In this document: in pieces, positions 16,304-26,650 of the stretch
Position numbering within the stretch: position 1 is the stretch's first letter
How the letters are laid out: each line of letters begins with the position of its first letter
Origin: a virus
Taxonomy: Duplodnaviria; Caudoviricetes
Reading direction: 5' to 3' (one strand)
DNA: 39,863 bases
IMG/VR virus record: IMGVR_UViG_3300033076_001356
Span: 1-39,863 of that record
Position numbers and translations under genes: made by a program
Notes under the pieces: generated by a model
The model's database searches: none
The model's input: the letters and a program-made list of their open reading frames with translations, nothing else
Told to the model about the DNA's origin: nothing

Positions 16304-18433
16304 TCAGATATTCCTAAATATTAGCCCCACATTTGCTCTCGCATAATAGGAGCCTGTCTGGTTTATAGCACTCAAGGATACAGTAGGCGGCACCGTGCTA
16401 ATCGCAGCAGAGTATATCCCTTGACCACCGAACAGTCCAGTGCTTGTATTTGTCGCATCAGTGAAATTGCCAACTTGAGGAACGGCGCTTGAGTATATCG
16501 GGCCTCCCATCACAGACCATGTATTACCAAGCGCGGTTGTGGCAGTTCCTACGCTTGATGTGTTTGTGCTAATCCCAAAACCAACATAATACTCGCCAGG
16601 CGCGAATGTCATATTCATCCCAACGGACATCGGACGAATAGCATGAGCAATAACCTGCGTGGCTCCAGCTGTATTGGATGCCAGTGTTGTATTCCATTGG
16701 TTTTGAGCGCTAGTCAGACTGCTCAATGTATTGCCGTTTTTTGTATAAATACAAGCGAAAGCTGTTACAGCCAATCCCCAAGTATTAGCTGTCGCACTAG
16801 ATGCGATAGATACCAAAAATGGAACATCGACTCTAGTTGCAATCAGGTCGTCGTCCATTTGTACGCGGTTTATGGAAAACGAACCATTGCCCATCGCAGC
16901 TACAGCTGTCAGGTTTCCGGGAGGCCATTGTAAGCGCTGAGATATTGTTGCATTGTTATTTATTGCTAATGACAATGTGAATCCATTAGACGCCGAGGCT
17001 GTAGTGCCGCTTAAATTAGTAAGAGCAAGCGTGGGATTACCATGACTGTGTGTACTATTCCAAGATCCAGTTACAGTACCCGCATCCAGCCCAAAAGATA
17101 CACCACCGCCATCCCCGAAATTGATCGTTGCAAGATTGCTGGAAGTAGTTCCGGCAGAAACCCCCACAGATCCGCCTCCACCAGGAGCTGCCACTGAAAT
17201 AGCCAGTCCGTTGGAGTTTAGGGTAATGCTTGCGTTTGTGGCGCTGGTGCCAACCCCCGCATAGCTACGCGCGTCCAGTGAAAGCCCTGCGCTATTAACA
17301 GTCCATGTCACGTTAGATTGCGCAGTAGCCAGCCCGATGCCGTCATTACTCGCACGCGCCGTAGTTAAGTAATCTGTCTTAACCGTCGCAAAAACCCCTT
17401 GCGTACCCGTAGAAAATGACACTCCATTGCTGTTGGCAAATGAAAGCGTACTAAAATTAGCGGAGCCATTCGCGGCGGAATAAGCAACCGGCTGCGTTGA
17501 CTGCTGGGTAATACCATTATGGCTGGCTGTGAGGGTGGACGCATTACCTCCAAAGGTAATCCCATTGCCATTGGCGAAGGATATATTACCTGTGGACCCC
17601 AGAATGCTGACCATATTCTGGGTCTGCACAGACTGGGAGGTTATGCCGTTGTGACTAGCCGTCACCGCACTTCCCGCAGATGTGCCAAAACTTATACCGT
17701 TAGCATTCGAAAATGAAAGAGTACTGAACGCATAGCTACCATTGGCAGCAGATGCCGCTACGGGCTGAACTGACTGGGACGCCGCGCTTAGTGAAAGCGT
17801 AAGCCCCGCACTATTACTGGCAGTAGTTCCACTAAGATTCGTAAGGTTAAGCGTCGGATTCCCATGGCTGTGACTACTTGGCGCGTAGTCAGTACGAACA
17901 GTTGCAAACACTCCCTGTGTGCCTGTACTAAAACTCACCCCATTGCTGTCGGCAAACGGTAGCGTCTGGAATGTGGCGCTGCCGTTACCTGCGGAATACG
18001 CCTGATTAGATTGGCTTGTAAGTCCATTATGGCTCGCAGTAACAGCACTACCGGCTGAGGTGCCGAAACTGACCCCATTCGCGTTACTAAAACTGAGCGT
18101 GGAAAATGCGTAACTACCATTCTGTCCCGAAACTGCGACGGGCTGCGTAGACTGCGCAGTTATGCCGTTGTGGCTGGCAGTCATTACCCCATTATCCGAC
18201 AACCCAAAAGTAACGCCGTTACTGTTCGAGAAGTTTACTGTCCCCGTGCTTCGACTATTGACCCCTCCCGAGATTACTACACCTCCGGCGCTTCCGCCAA
18301 CCGGGACCCCTCCAGGGGTGGATCCATCTCCCACGTACAAAAGTTGGCCATCAGTTACCCAAATAGGCTCGCCATTTGCAGGGGTAATACTTGTCCGATC
18401 TGTGGAAGCCCCACGGCGAAACTTCAATGTCAT
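16304..18433 (-). CDS. Ser/Thr/Asn/Gly-rich fibre or adhesin with an Mtd_N-like N-terminus and internal repeats
   Basis: LKFRRG...PANGEPIWVTD...LYVGDGST. Repeated STLSFSNANGVSFG, TASHNGIT and SHGNPTL units. Confidence 0.8.
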   Translation of the reverse strand: MTLKFRRGASTDRTSITPANGEPIWVTDGQLLYVGDGSTPGGVPVGGSAGGVVISGGVNSRSTGTVNFSNSNGVTFGLSDNGVMTASHNGITAQSTQPVAVSGQNGSYAFSTLSFSNANGVSFGTSAGSAVTASHNGLTSQSNQAYSAGNGSATFQTLPFADSNGVSFSTGTQGVFATVRTDYAPSSHSHGNPTLNLTNLSGTTASNSAGLTLSLSAASQSVQPVAASAANGSYAFSTLSFSNANGISFGTSAGSAVTASHNGITSQSVQTQNMVSILGSTGNISFANGNGITFGGNASTLTASHNGITQQSTQPVAYSAANGSANFSTLSFANSNGVSFSTGTQGVFATVKTDYLTTARASNDGIGLATAQSNVTWTVNSAGLSLDARSYAGVGTSATNASITLNSNGLAISVAAPGGGGSVGVSAGTTSSNLATINFGDGGGVSFGLDAGTVTGSWNSTHSHGNPTLALTNLSGTTASASNGFTLSLAINNNATISQRLQWPPGNLTAVAAMGNGSFSINRVQMDDDLIATRVDVPFLVSIASSATANTWGLAVTAFACIYTKNGNTLSSLTSAQNQWNTTLASNTAGATQVIAHAIRPMSVGMNMTFAPGEYYVGFGISTNTSSVGTATTALGNTWSVMGGPIYSSAVPQVGNFTDATNTSTGLFGGQGIYSAAISTVPPTVSLSAINQTGSYYARANVGLIFRNI

Positions 18434-18888
18434 ACAAAGCCCCCAAAATCAATCAATACATCTGGTGTGGGCGACGCAAATGTGCCGAAATCCAGATCAC
18501 ATACCAGGCCAACCCCCGTAGAACCGCTGGAGTATACTACCCCGGTAACATACTCTGTAGTCCTTCGGTAAAGAAGCCCACGCATAATCCAGTAATTAGT
18601 GGCGCCAATAACTACATGCAGCTCGTAATTGGCCGACACGATAGATAGGGCCGCTGACTGCTCTACCGATACGGCAACCGCAATGGTTCCAGAACTTCCG
18701 CCAAGGGTAAGCCCACCATTTTCAGTGGTAAGACTGAGTAACGGTGCTGTGCCGCTGGTGGGCAGAACATTCAGGTAGGCCGTTGCTCCGGTGAGGTCTA
18801 CAGGCTCGCCTGCATCTTTCCACACGTAGGTTTCTGCAAATGGCTCGCCTCCCCAGATAGTGATGTCGACCGTATTGGGGGAACTCAT
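18430..18888 (-). CDS. Virion accessory / fibre adaptor protein
   Basis: DITIWGG...PVDLTGATA...GTIAV...YEL beta-sandwich pattern, C-terminal DLDFG/IDFG motifs, TGATG coupling. Confidence 0.6.
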   Translation of the reverse strand: MSSPNTVDITIWGGEPFAETYVWKDAGEPVDLTGATAYLNVLPTSGTAPLLSLTTENGGLTLGGSSGTIAVAVSVEQSAALSIVSANYELHVVIGATNYWIMRGLLYRRTTEYVTGVVYSSGSTGVGLVCDLDFGTFASPTPDVLIDFGGFV

Positions 18889-19184
18889 CAGCCGAACAAC
18901 CCGGAGATTACCTTGCTGAACCATGAACCTATAAGGGCAGACATACCTGCAAGCGCGGCTAAGTACCCTTTTTGGTGAGCCACATACTCCTTCAATTTTT
19001 CCACATCTGTCTCGCTATTGGAAAGCCGAGTTCCCAGAGCAGTCTGAAGATCCGCGATCTGTTTTCGGGTATCTTCATGCATTTCTGCGACAGCTTTGAC
19101 GTGCATTTCCTGTGCGCGCACCAAAGCGTCGACTGTGCCCTGTAAATGTCCGATACTTTGACTTACCTCATCCAACTGAGCCAT
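18888..19184 (-). CDS. Coiled-coil protein with C-terminal TM (holin/XhlA-like)
   Basis: IGHLQGTVDAL coiled coil, one C-terminal hydrophobic helix, located just after the tail fibre. Confidence 0.5.
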   Translation of the reverse strand: MAQLDEVSQSIGHLQGTVDALVRAQEMHVKAVAEMHEDTRKQIADLQTALGTRLSNSETDVEKLKEYVAHQKGYLAALAGMSALIGSWFSKVISGLFG

Positions 19185-19190
19185 AAAAGT

Positions 19191-22100
19191 CTACCCGTTT
19201 CTGTTGTATTTCCAGGATTTTACGTAAATATCACCGTATGCTGTGTTAGTGGACGAGCGCTGGCGTAACCGGGAAGAACTGTCGAGTTTTACGGAGAACG
19301 CTGCTGCGGTAGAGTACGAAGGAGTCGCGTACAAATCAGGGGCAGTTAAGCTGTTAGTAGTTCTTGGGTCGGAGAATTGAATCGTTGTAAGCCCGGAAGT
19401 GGAATTCAAAAGCGCAGAAAAATTGGGTGTGGTTGACGGAGGTGCTCCGACAACCAGCAACGCGCCTGCAGTATTACCTGTATAGGTTGTTTTAATGGGG
19501 GCGTCCCACACACGAACATCCCCATCGTTGAAGAATGGCTTAATCGCTGATGCGGTGTAATACGTCCAGTTTATTTGACAGAAATGTTTATACCCCGCCA
19601 ACTCGGCAGCTGAACCTGTTGCAAGGAGATTAGTCGCGTTGGGGGCGTTTGCCGCATCCCACCCGAAATTAACCGTGCCATCATCTTTCCAGATGACAAA
19701 TTCTCGGTAGTAGGTACCGTTTACAGGAGCTCCAAGGGCGGCTGCCAAACCACCGGTAGGCGTCGCGGTGGTTCCACCGTCTGCCCACACTGCTGTGATA
19801 GTTTTGCCCAGTGCAGAAGTCAGCTCCGCAAAACTGGTATTTGCGGAATTCGGTACCCCATAAGTTCCCTGATTGGCGCATTGGCCAATCCCGATATCCA
19901 GGGCGGAGGTTGGGTTAACAACGCTATTTGTGCACAGGAATCCAGTGAAATAATTATCGGGTAAGCTCAAGGCAGGCGACGTGCCGAGTGTAACCCATGA
20001 ACCGTCAAGGTAAGCCTCAATAACAGCAAGATCCGTATTCCTGCGAATATAGCTCTCGGTTGCTACGCGCTGGGCAGTCGTACCACTCGGCAGCAACAAT
20101 CCGCCAGTAGTGCCAAGCCCGTAACCTGTTGCGAGCATTACGTGTGTTGGGTCGTTGTCCGTTGTGGTTGTCTGCACGTCGTAAGTAATAACATTTCCGG
20201 GTACATCCCCCTCAGCAATGACCTTGCCTGTAGTGTCTGAAAAAATAGCAAGCGCGCCGGATGTAGAAGAAACGGGGCCGAACACGTCGCCCACAGAATT
20301 GCCGTTGACCGTGACATCTCCAGGAAAAGTGGTGTCGCCGTTGGTATTATCTACCGTGATGGTTGCCTGCACAGTGCCATTCGAGGGGTCACGGAGTTGC
20401 AGCCAGGTTTGATTGGTGTCTTTGTCTGCCCGGAGAGTTACCCAGTCAAAGCCGCCACTCTGCATTCCAAATTGCGCATAAGTACCTGCGCCACCTGTGT
20501 TATTCAGTGTAGCTTTTGGGTTAGATTTGTTAACCTGTATATTGCCAGTAAACACTGGGTTGTTAGCGGCTACTACTTGGGCCCATGCAGCATTTTGTCT
20601 GCCATAAGCATTACCATCGATAGGTGCTTCTGCAATGCCTCCAACCGCTCCAATATAGAAGTTAGGTTTAGCTCGGTTAATATACCCAAAATTAGCCGAC
20701 GGGTTTGCATTTGGCCAGTTAGCAGGGTTACTATTAACTGCTTGGGTGTAGCCAGTAGAAAAAATCTCAGCTACAAGGGCAAGTCCAGCTACTTGGGCTG
20801 GCGGTACATAGGTAGCCCGATCCAGTTCAATCCAGCTCAACGCGGATTCAAGAGTAGTGGGGAAGAATGTGGAACCTTCATAGGTTATTTTACGCCCGAG
20901 AACCCACAGGCACGGCGTGTTAGGTATGCTGGGGGCGTATAGTCTGTGTATCACGCCTTTAGCTTCATTGTCTGGGATGAGTCCAACTCCACTCCCTGTG
21001 TCGTACCTGTTTATGGGGCAGTCTGGATTGGTGTCGAATGCGTTAGCCCACCAAGTCGTGCCATCACTCGCACATATAACCACAAACTGATACTGCGCCG
21101 CAGAAACAGTGGCAAAATTTACAAGGTTAGGCTGACTCGGGTCCTGATCTGCATTGGCTTGGAACAGGTACACATCGGAAATATCAATGCGGGAAACCGG
21201 CCCCGCTGTATTTAGCAATGTCGCTCCTCCTCCAGAAATGCAAGTACCACTCAACAGGTTTGCGACGTCCAAGCCAAGGTATCCGTCCCCACCAGAATGC
21301 GCAGGGCGAGGCGCTTCCGTTAAATTACGTTGCATATCCTGGTCCAACCAAAACATCGCAGTGCCGAGCAAACAGTTATCCCGATAAAGAGCCGTGTCAG
21401 GAATGCCGAACACCACGGTGAATGCCCCGGTTTGCGAAATAAAAATGCTGGCTTGCCCAACTGTGTCTACCCCAACGGTAACATAATCAGCCAAGTCGAT
21501 AGTCTGCGAATCCCACGAATATACGAACACGTCTCCCGTGGCGGATACAAAAATTCCCGTGCCGTCTGGTATTGTTATCTCTGTACCAGACTGATCGGGA
21601 ACCACCAAGTCAGGGTATCCGTCAGCTGGGCGCACCCAACCTGTAACGGACTTCTGCTCACCGGCTCCGCCACCGGCGGACTCTACAGGGGTCTGCAAAA
21701 TAAGGCTGGTACCGTCCACATACCCCAAATACAAATTGCCCGCCGCAAGGTCATCAGCGAGAAGAGTTGTCCTGCTGGAAGACAGCACAGCCAATTGGCC
21801 CAGGCCATTTACAGCGATAGTAACGGTGTCTGTGTTGTTCACCAGTGGCACGAACGCGATACCCATATAATCCGTATAAGCGGTTAACCCCGTCAAGGTG
21901 CCCACAAGGGCATTTACGCCGGAAGTAACCGTAACTCGATTGTATGTACCTGCGCGAATCTGTCCGAGGGATGTGTACTGCGCGGCAGCAACGGCATCGC
22001 CAACTCCTGTATGCTTACGGCCGCCCATGGGGAGGTCGGCGGAGGGTGTCGTCACCCCATCCGCAGAAATACTATTTGTAAGCGCGTCAGCCACATCTTC

Positions 22101-22199
22101 AAGAGTGGTATTGGCCCAGTTACTTGTAATTGTGGTACCTGTAACAACCGGGTTAACCTCTCCAGGTAAATTGTATACTCCGTCATCGTTGCGTGGCAT
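19191..22199 (-). CDS. Tail fibre protein
   Basis: Podovirus fibre anchor MPRNDDGVYNLP...WANTTLEDVADALTNS...LPMGGRKHTGV, plus fibre motifs EAPIDGNAYGRQNAAW and LPSGTTAQR. Confidence 0.85.
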   Translation of the reverse strand: MPRNDDGVYNLPGEVNPVVTGTTITSNWANTTLEDVADALTNSISADGVTTPSADLPMGGRKHTGVGDAVAAAQYTSLGQIRAGTYNRVTVTSGVNALVGTLTGLTAYTDYMGIAFVPLVNNTDTVTIAVNGLGQLAVLSSSRTTLLADDLAAGNLYLGYVDGTSLILQTPVESAGGGAGEQKSVTGWVRPADGYPDLVVPDQSGTEITIPDGTGIFVSATGDVFVYSWDSQTIDLADYVTVGVDTVGQASIFISQTGAFTVVFGIPDTALYRDNCLLGTAMFWLDQDMQRNLTEAPRPAHSGGDGYLGLDVANLLSGTCISGGGATLLNTAGPVSRIDISDVYLFQANADQDPSQPNLVNFATVSAAQYQFVVICASDGTTWWANAFDTNPDCPINRYDTGSGVGLIPDNEAKGVIHRLYAPSIPNTPCLWVLGRKITYEGSTFFPTTLESALSWIELDRATYVPPAQVAGLALVAEIFSTGYTQAVNSNPANWPNANPSANFGYINRAKPNFYIGAVGGIAEAPIDGNAYGRQNAAWAQVVAANNPVFTGNIQVNKSNPKATLNNTGGAGTYAQFGMQSGGFDWVTLRADKDTNQTWLQLRDPSNGTVQATITVDNTNGDTTFPGDVTVNGNSVGDVFGPVSSTSGALAIFSDTTGKVIAEGDVPGNVITYDVQTTTTDNDPTHVMLATGYGLGTTGGLLLPSGTTAQRVATESYIRRNTDLAVIEAYLDGSWVTLGTSPALSLPDNYFTGFLCTNSVVNPTSALDIGIGQCANQGTYGVPNSANTSFAELTSALGKTITAVWADGGTTATPTGGLAAALGAPVNGTYYREFVIWKDDGTVNFGWDAANAPNATNLLATGSAAELAGYKHFCQINWTYYTASAIKPFFNDGDVRVWDAPIKTTYTGNTAGALLVVGAPPSTTPNFSALLNSTSGLTTIQFSDPRTTNSLTAPDLYATPSYSTAAAFSVKLDSSSRLRQRSSTNTAYGDIYVKSWKYNRNG

Positions 22200-22202
22200 T
22201 CT

Positions 22203-23798
22203 CTAGTCCTCTTGGGTTTCGCTCGCGATTTTAGCACGAAGAGCATCCGCAATCGCGCGTCTACTTTTTGGGTCATTTGCTATTTTTTGCGGTACACCAG
22301 TTTTTAATAGCGCGTGTGGGGCTCCTGCAACAGCCGCTAATTTTGTGGCAATCACTGGGTTCATAATAGAAAGCCCCAGCGAGGCGCCCTGTACAGTTTC
22401 ACTTGGCGCAGTTTTCTTGGGAATGACTAGCGCGACATCTTCCAGTAATTTACGTGCTTTCGGGTTAACCGCTCCCTTTTTAGCTGCTCGTTCTACATCC
22501 GAACGTGCGCGATAAAGATCGAGCCCCTCACCCGGTTTAATATCCTGTTTACGGAGCTGCAGGGCCAACCGATAATTACTACGCGCTTTATCCAGTGTCA
22601 TCTTTTCCGCAGGGGAAAGTGATTCATCGAACGTATCATCGAGTGCTTTCTGCAACCCATAAAGTGCTTGCTTCGCGGGGCCTTCTGCACTGGACGCTGC
22701 TGCACCGATTGCAGATCGATTCTGCGCATACACTTGACCCTTTAATTTAGCATTGGGTATGTTGGACAAAGCCTTCATCTCTTCCGCCAACTGGTCTACT
22801 GTAGAATTGCGCAATTTTCCGCTGACTTGATAATTTTTCAGCACATCATCTACGCGCGATGCTAAATTAGCTACGGGGGCCGCCTTGGCTTTGGTAACAC
22901 TACCAATTTGCTGCCCAACTGTATCCACAATATCCTTCATACCCTCATTACTTACAGGTACCTCTGTGCCCAGGATGTTAAAGAGCGCCTTTTTTGCCGC
23001 TTCTTTTTGCGCGGATTCAGTAGCGCGCATGGTATCCCCGACAATGGGCATGCGCTTCAGCAGGGCTGATGTGCTATTACTTACAATGCCAGGGATTTCT
23101 TGTATCTTGGATACGTCAACACCAAGATCGCGAAGTCGTTGAGCTGCAACAATGCGCGCGGGATCTGCCTCTCCTACAAGGGCTCGAACGCCCTTCCCCG
23201 CTAATGGAATTGCGGCGTTGAGTGCAGCATTCTCGATTATATTTTTCTTTAGCTCCCCCTCACCTGCGGTGGGGGCAAGCGCACCGGTTGCTGCACCAGT
23301 TGCTCCTTCTGCTGCCATAATGGCAGGCAACGATAGCGCACCTGCTTTATACGCATTCGCCATTGCGCCACCGGGCGCGGCCAACATAGCTATATTCGCT
23401 CCCACATCCCCCACAGTGCCCGCTTTGGTATCCATAAGGGGCCGATCAAGTTGTCGTTGCTCCGCAGTCTGTGCTTGCAGCTGCTTAAGTTCTTCATCAT
23501 CCCCCGTGGCGCGATTCCATAATTGGCGCGCGCCCATACTTGTATCTGACAGCGCTTTCCCCGCCCCCGCCAACAACTTTTCTGTGGTGCTCATATCCTT
23601 GGTAGGATCGTACAACTCCCGATCCGCCAATTGTTGAGCAGCTACTTTCTGCTTAAATTCTTCGGAATTTGGGTCAAATTTGGGATTTGGCCGGTAGCGC
23701 GCCTGCGCTTGGGCAATAACCTCTTCCTGTGAAGCACCATCTGGTCCTTCAACTTCAAGTTCCGTGCCGTCCGGGGCTGTTACGTAGTAAAGCGCCAT
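22203..23798 (-). CDS. DNA ejection / internal virion protein
   Basis: YVTAPDG..LEVEGPDGA N-terminus, Ala/Gly-rich, position in the operon. Confidence 0.7.
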   Translation of the reverse strand: MALYYVTAPDGTELEVEGPDGASQEEVIAQAQARYRPNPKFDPNSEEFKQKVAAQQLADRELYDPTKDMSTTEKLLAGAGKALSDTSMGARQLWNRATGDDEELKQLQAQTAEQRQLDRPLMDTKAGTVGDVGANIAMLAAPGGAMANAYKAGALSLPAIMAAEGATGAATGALAPTAGEGELKKNIIENAALNAAIPLAGKGVRALVGEADPARIVAAQRLRDLGVDVSKIQEIPGIVSNSTSALLKRMPIVGDTMRATESAQKEAAKKALFNILGTEVPVSNEGMKDIVDTVGQQIGSVTKAKAAPVANLASRVDDVLKNYQVSGKLRNSTVDQLAEEMKALSNIPNAKLKGQVYAQNRSAIGAAASSAEGPAKQALYGLQKALDDTFDESLSPAEKMTLDKARSNYRLALQLRKQDIKPGEGLDLYRARSDVERAAKKGAVNPKARKLLEDVALVIPKKTAPSETVQGASLGLSIMNPVIATKLAAVAGAPHALLKTGVPQKIANDPKSRRAIADALRAKIASETQED

Positions 23799-25006
23799 TA
23801 CTGTCTAACTCTCACAGACCATGCTCCACCACTTCCGGGTGCGGTTGGTGTCGTAAGTGGTGGTGCCATCTCTGGAGCAGCTTTATTGACACGTGCAGCC
23901 GCCTCAGCCATTTTTCGCTTACCCGATGCAATCGCATCCTTAATAATTTTGTATTTAGCTAATCGCTGGGCTCGTGTATCAGTTGGTAGTATCTTGGTTT
24001 TTGCCAGTATAGCGCGTTCACTCTCTGTAACAGCCCCTTGGCCTTTAAATACATCAGATGCCTGTAATGCCAAAGTATTTGCTTTTTGCGCCAATGCATT
24101 TGCCTCATCCGGGATGGTGGCCAAATCATTTTCGTTATTAAAGCCAACAGCTTGCCCCATCGCACTTAAGGTTTTCAGCTTTCCGCCCGACAAAAATGGT
24201 TCTGGCTTGCCAGCTGCGGCATCCTGTGTATCCTGCAACTCCATCTCGCCGACCATTTTCTCCACGGTATCCAGCTGCGGAAGCCCCTGCAGCGCGTTAA
24301 CATCTGCAGCCGCTTGTTTCTGCTTCAGCGTTTTTGCATACGCATCATCACCCCCGGCCGATCCCTTCAAAGCTGCAAATTTTGCATAGGCTTCTGGGTT
24401 TTCTTGATACAGTTCGAACTCTGATTTCTTCGGGGGTTGGATGCCCAGCGTTTTCAGTGTTTTTTCGCGCTCAAAGGCTGCCTGATCTGCTGCTTTCTTA
24501 TTCGCCGCAGCGGATTGAATCATTGTTCGTATCTGTGCCTCGTCTTGCCCATACAATTGGGCAAGCATAGGGGCGTCTACCTCCGTAAATTCCCCCAAAT
24601 GCTGCATAAGATTCGCAATGGGTTCTTTTTTCGGTTGAAACGCCTTAAGCGCACCCACATCCACCCCCATTTCCTGCAACCGCAGAGCTTGCTGAGGGGT
24701 GAGCCTTTCTACGCTCTCGGGGGTTATTTCAGAGAGCGCCTGTTCCCGTGCGGCTTGCATTTCTGCTTCAGTCGCATCCGCTTGTCTATTCACCCGCGCA
24801 TTCGCGAATGCCTTGGCCGCATTGGCCAGAATTCCGCCATAGTTAACCTGGGTAGATCCTGGATATGCTCCAGTTGCTCCAGTAGATACAGTGGCTGCCA
24901 TGTCAGGCGTCGCAGATAATGCTGTCTGCCGACGTCGAAGCGCCTCAAGAAGCATTTTCTTCTTGCGAAAATCCTGAGATGCTGTATTCGTGTCGAATGT
25001 AGCCAT
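23798..25006 (-). CDS. DNA ejection / internal virion protein
   Basis: Ala/Gln/Lys-rich helical protein, GQGAVTESER motif, position. Confidence 0.7.
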   Translation of the reverse strand: MATFDTNTASQDFRKKKMLLEALRRRQTALSATPDMAATVSTGATGAYPGSTQVNYGGILANAAKAFANARVNRQADATEAEMQAAREQALSEITPESVERLTPQQALRLQEMGVDVGALKAFQPKKEPIANLMQHLGEFTEVDAPMLAQLYGQDEAQIRTMIQSAAANKKAADQAAFEREKTLKTLGIQPPKKSEFELYQENPEAYAKFAALKGSAGGDDAYAKTLKQKQAAADVNALQGLPQLDTVEKMVGEMELQDTQDAAAGKPEPFLSGGKLKTLSAMGQAVGFNNENDLATIPDEANALAQKANTLALQASDVFKGQGAVTESERAILAKTKILPTDTRAQRLAKYKIIKDAIASGKRKMAEAAARVNKAAPEMAPPLTTPTAPGSGGAWSVRVRQ

Positions 25007-25827
25007 TACACAATATCCTTAATCCAAGCGCCTGAAAGTATTTTACCTAGACTATTCTTTTCACTGAAATTGCGGAGCCCGCTGGCCAAAGCCTTTCCGG
25101 TAGCTTTCGTTGCTTTCCACGACTTCTGCGCGGGGTCTACTAATGTTTTGTTCGAGAAATCCTTCGCCCCCTCAAAATTCTGCCGCGCCACGTTCTTCGA
25201 CATCTCTACCGTGTCTCCCGCCAAGCCCTTTGCCCCCTCCCACTGATGGCGGGGGTCTGCAGATAACATTCGACTTGAATGCTCCCCTACCCCTTCTGCT
25301 CCACCGATTACATTGTCCATCGATTTCGACATATTTTTAAAGAAGTCCATATTTTTCCACCGCTCGGCGGGAGCGTCGGCTGTCAGAATATCCTTCGGTT
25401 GGTACCAACCACGATTTACCGCGTTAGCCCCGAGGGCAGCAAGTAGCGCCCACCAACCAAGTGCTCCATAGCCCGCCCCGGAAGCAGTACCTGTACCAGT
25501 TCCAGTGCTTGCGGCTGTGCCGGTGCCTGTACCGGCTGCAGTAGTTCCGGTACCGCCCGCAGCTTCCGTTGCCCAGGGGGCATTGGCCTCTGCTTCTGCT
25601 AAGGATGGGGTTGTAAAATAGTCGTATGCAGAATTGCCCAGCCTGTATGCACTGGTCAAATTGTTAGACGTATTACTAGAAGATTGTCCGCTCTGAGGAG
25701 CGGGGGCGCTTGACGGCGCCATCTCGCGGCGTCCGACTTCACCACCCCCAATAGCAACATTGGGAGAACGCAGCCCGCGAGCCAACGCCTTCTGATTACC
25801 GTATGGGTTGCCGAATGTAGCAACCAT
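25006..25827 (-). CDS. Putative ejection/pilot protein
   Basis: Gly/Thr linker, hydrophobic segment GYGALGWWALLAALGA, position. Confidence 0.6.
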   Translation of the reverse strand: MVATFGNPYGNQKALARGLRSPNVAIGGGEVGRREMAPSSAPAPQSGQSSSNTSNNLTSAYRLGNSAYDYFTTPSLAEAEANAPWATEAAGGTGTTAAGTGTGTAASTGTGTGTASGAGYGALGWWALLAALGANAVNRGWYQPKDILTADAPAERWKNMDFFKNMSKSMDNVIGGAEGVGEHSSRMLSADPRHQWEGAKGLAGDTVEMSKNVARQNFEGAKDFSNKTLVDPAQKSWKATKATGKALASGLRNFSEKNSLGKILSGAWIKDIV

Positions 25828-25831
25828 ATTA

Positions 25832-26650
25832 TTACCCCCAAATAGACGCAGCAGCCTGTAAGCCCCCGCTTAAAGTATTGCCCTTCTTCGCATTATTCGC
25901 ATTGCTGCCGCCCATCTGCACCTCATACTGCTTTTGGCGGGCATTCAATAGGTCTGCGGGTTGGTATCCCGTTGCTCCGGGGACACCTGCAAATTCCGGT
26001 CGTGGGATAGCGGCATTCGCACTTTGTGTTGTAGCCAACTGCTCCCATGGCAGCCTGTACTCGTTCATTTTCTGGTTGTATTCATTTTGCTGGGCAGCCG
26101 TGCGCGCCCCAAACTCATCCCGTGCCTCCTGCCCGCCCGCAAGCCGTGCCTCGAGAGCCGCTCGCGTCGCAACGTCTCCTTGGGAGGTCATCAAGTTCTG
26201 CATAGCACGGTCGTATGCCTCCGTGCCGGGTTGGAGTCCTTGCTGACGTAGTTGTGTATCTATGCCTGTGCGTTCACGCTCTTGTTCTTTTCGTGCTCGC
26301 CCCATAACATTTTCATACAACGCATCCGCCATGGCATTGCCAGCGTTAGGGTCATACTGAATGCTCTCAGGCCCCTTAAATTCACCTTGTTTGGCAGCTT
26401 GCTGTGAAAATTTACTCTGCATACCCAGATTCTGGTTAGCGAGTTCTGTTATACGTGGGTCCCAAGTCTCAGTCTGTTTCCAGTTGCCGTTCTCATCCTG
26501 TGACCAATCCAATCGACCGTAAGGATTCTCTTGCGTAGGTCGATTAGCCGCTGTAATTTCTTGCGCGGTGGCACGTTCGGCAGCTGATTGTTGCTGGGCA
26601 AGTTGCTCATACTTAGGGGCTTTGGGCTGTTTGCCGCCTTTTTTAGACAT
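25832..26650 (-). CDS. Putative DNA transfer / ejection protein
   Basis: MSKKGGKQPKAPKY...NRPTQENPYG, Gln-rich, follows the GNAT gene. Confidence 0.7.
   Translation of the reverse strand: MSKKGGKQPKAPKYEQLAQQQSAAERATAQEITAANRPTQENPYGRLDWSQDENGNWKQTETWDPRITELANQNLGMQSKFSQQAAKQGEFKGPESIQYDPNAGNAMADALYENVMGRARKEQERERTGIDTQLRQQGLQPGTEAYDRAMQNLMTSQGDVATRAALEARLAGGQEARDEFGARTAAQQNEYNQKMNEYRLPWEQLATTQSANAAIPRPEFAGVPGATGYQPADLLNARQKQYEVQMGGSNANNAKKGNTLSGGLQAAASIWG

Noticed and set aside
16304-18433. Diversity-generating retroelement suggested by the Mtd_N-like domain
   Set aside because: There is no reverse transcriptase ORF and no TR/VR pair with adenine-specific differences. The repeats are internal protein repeats.
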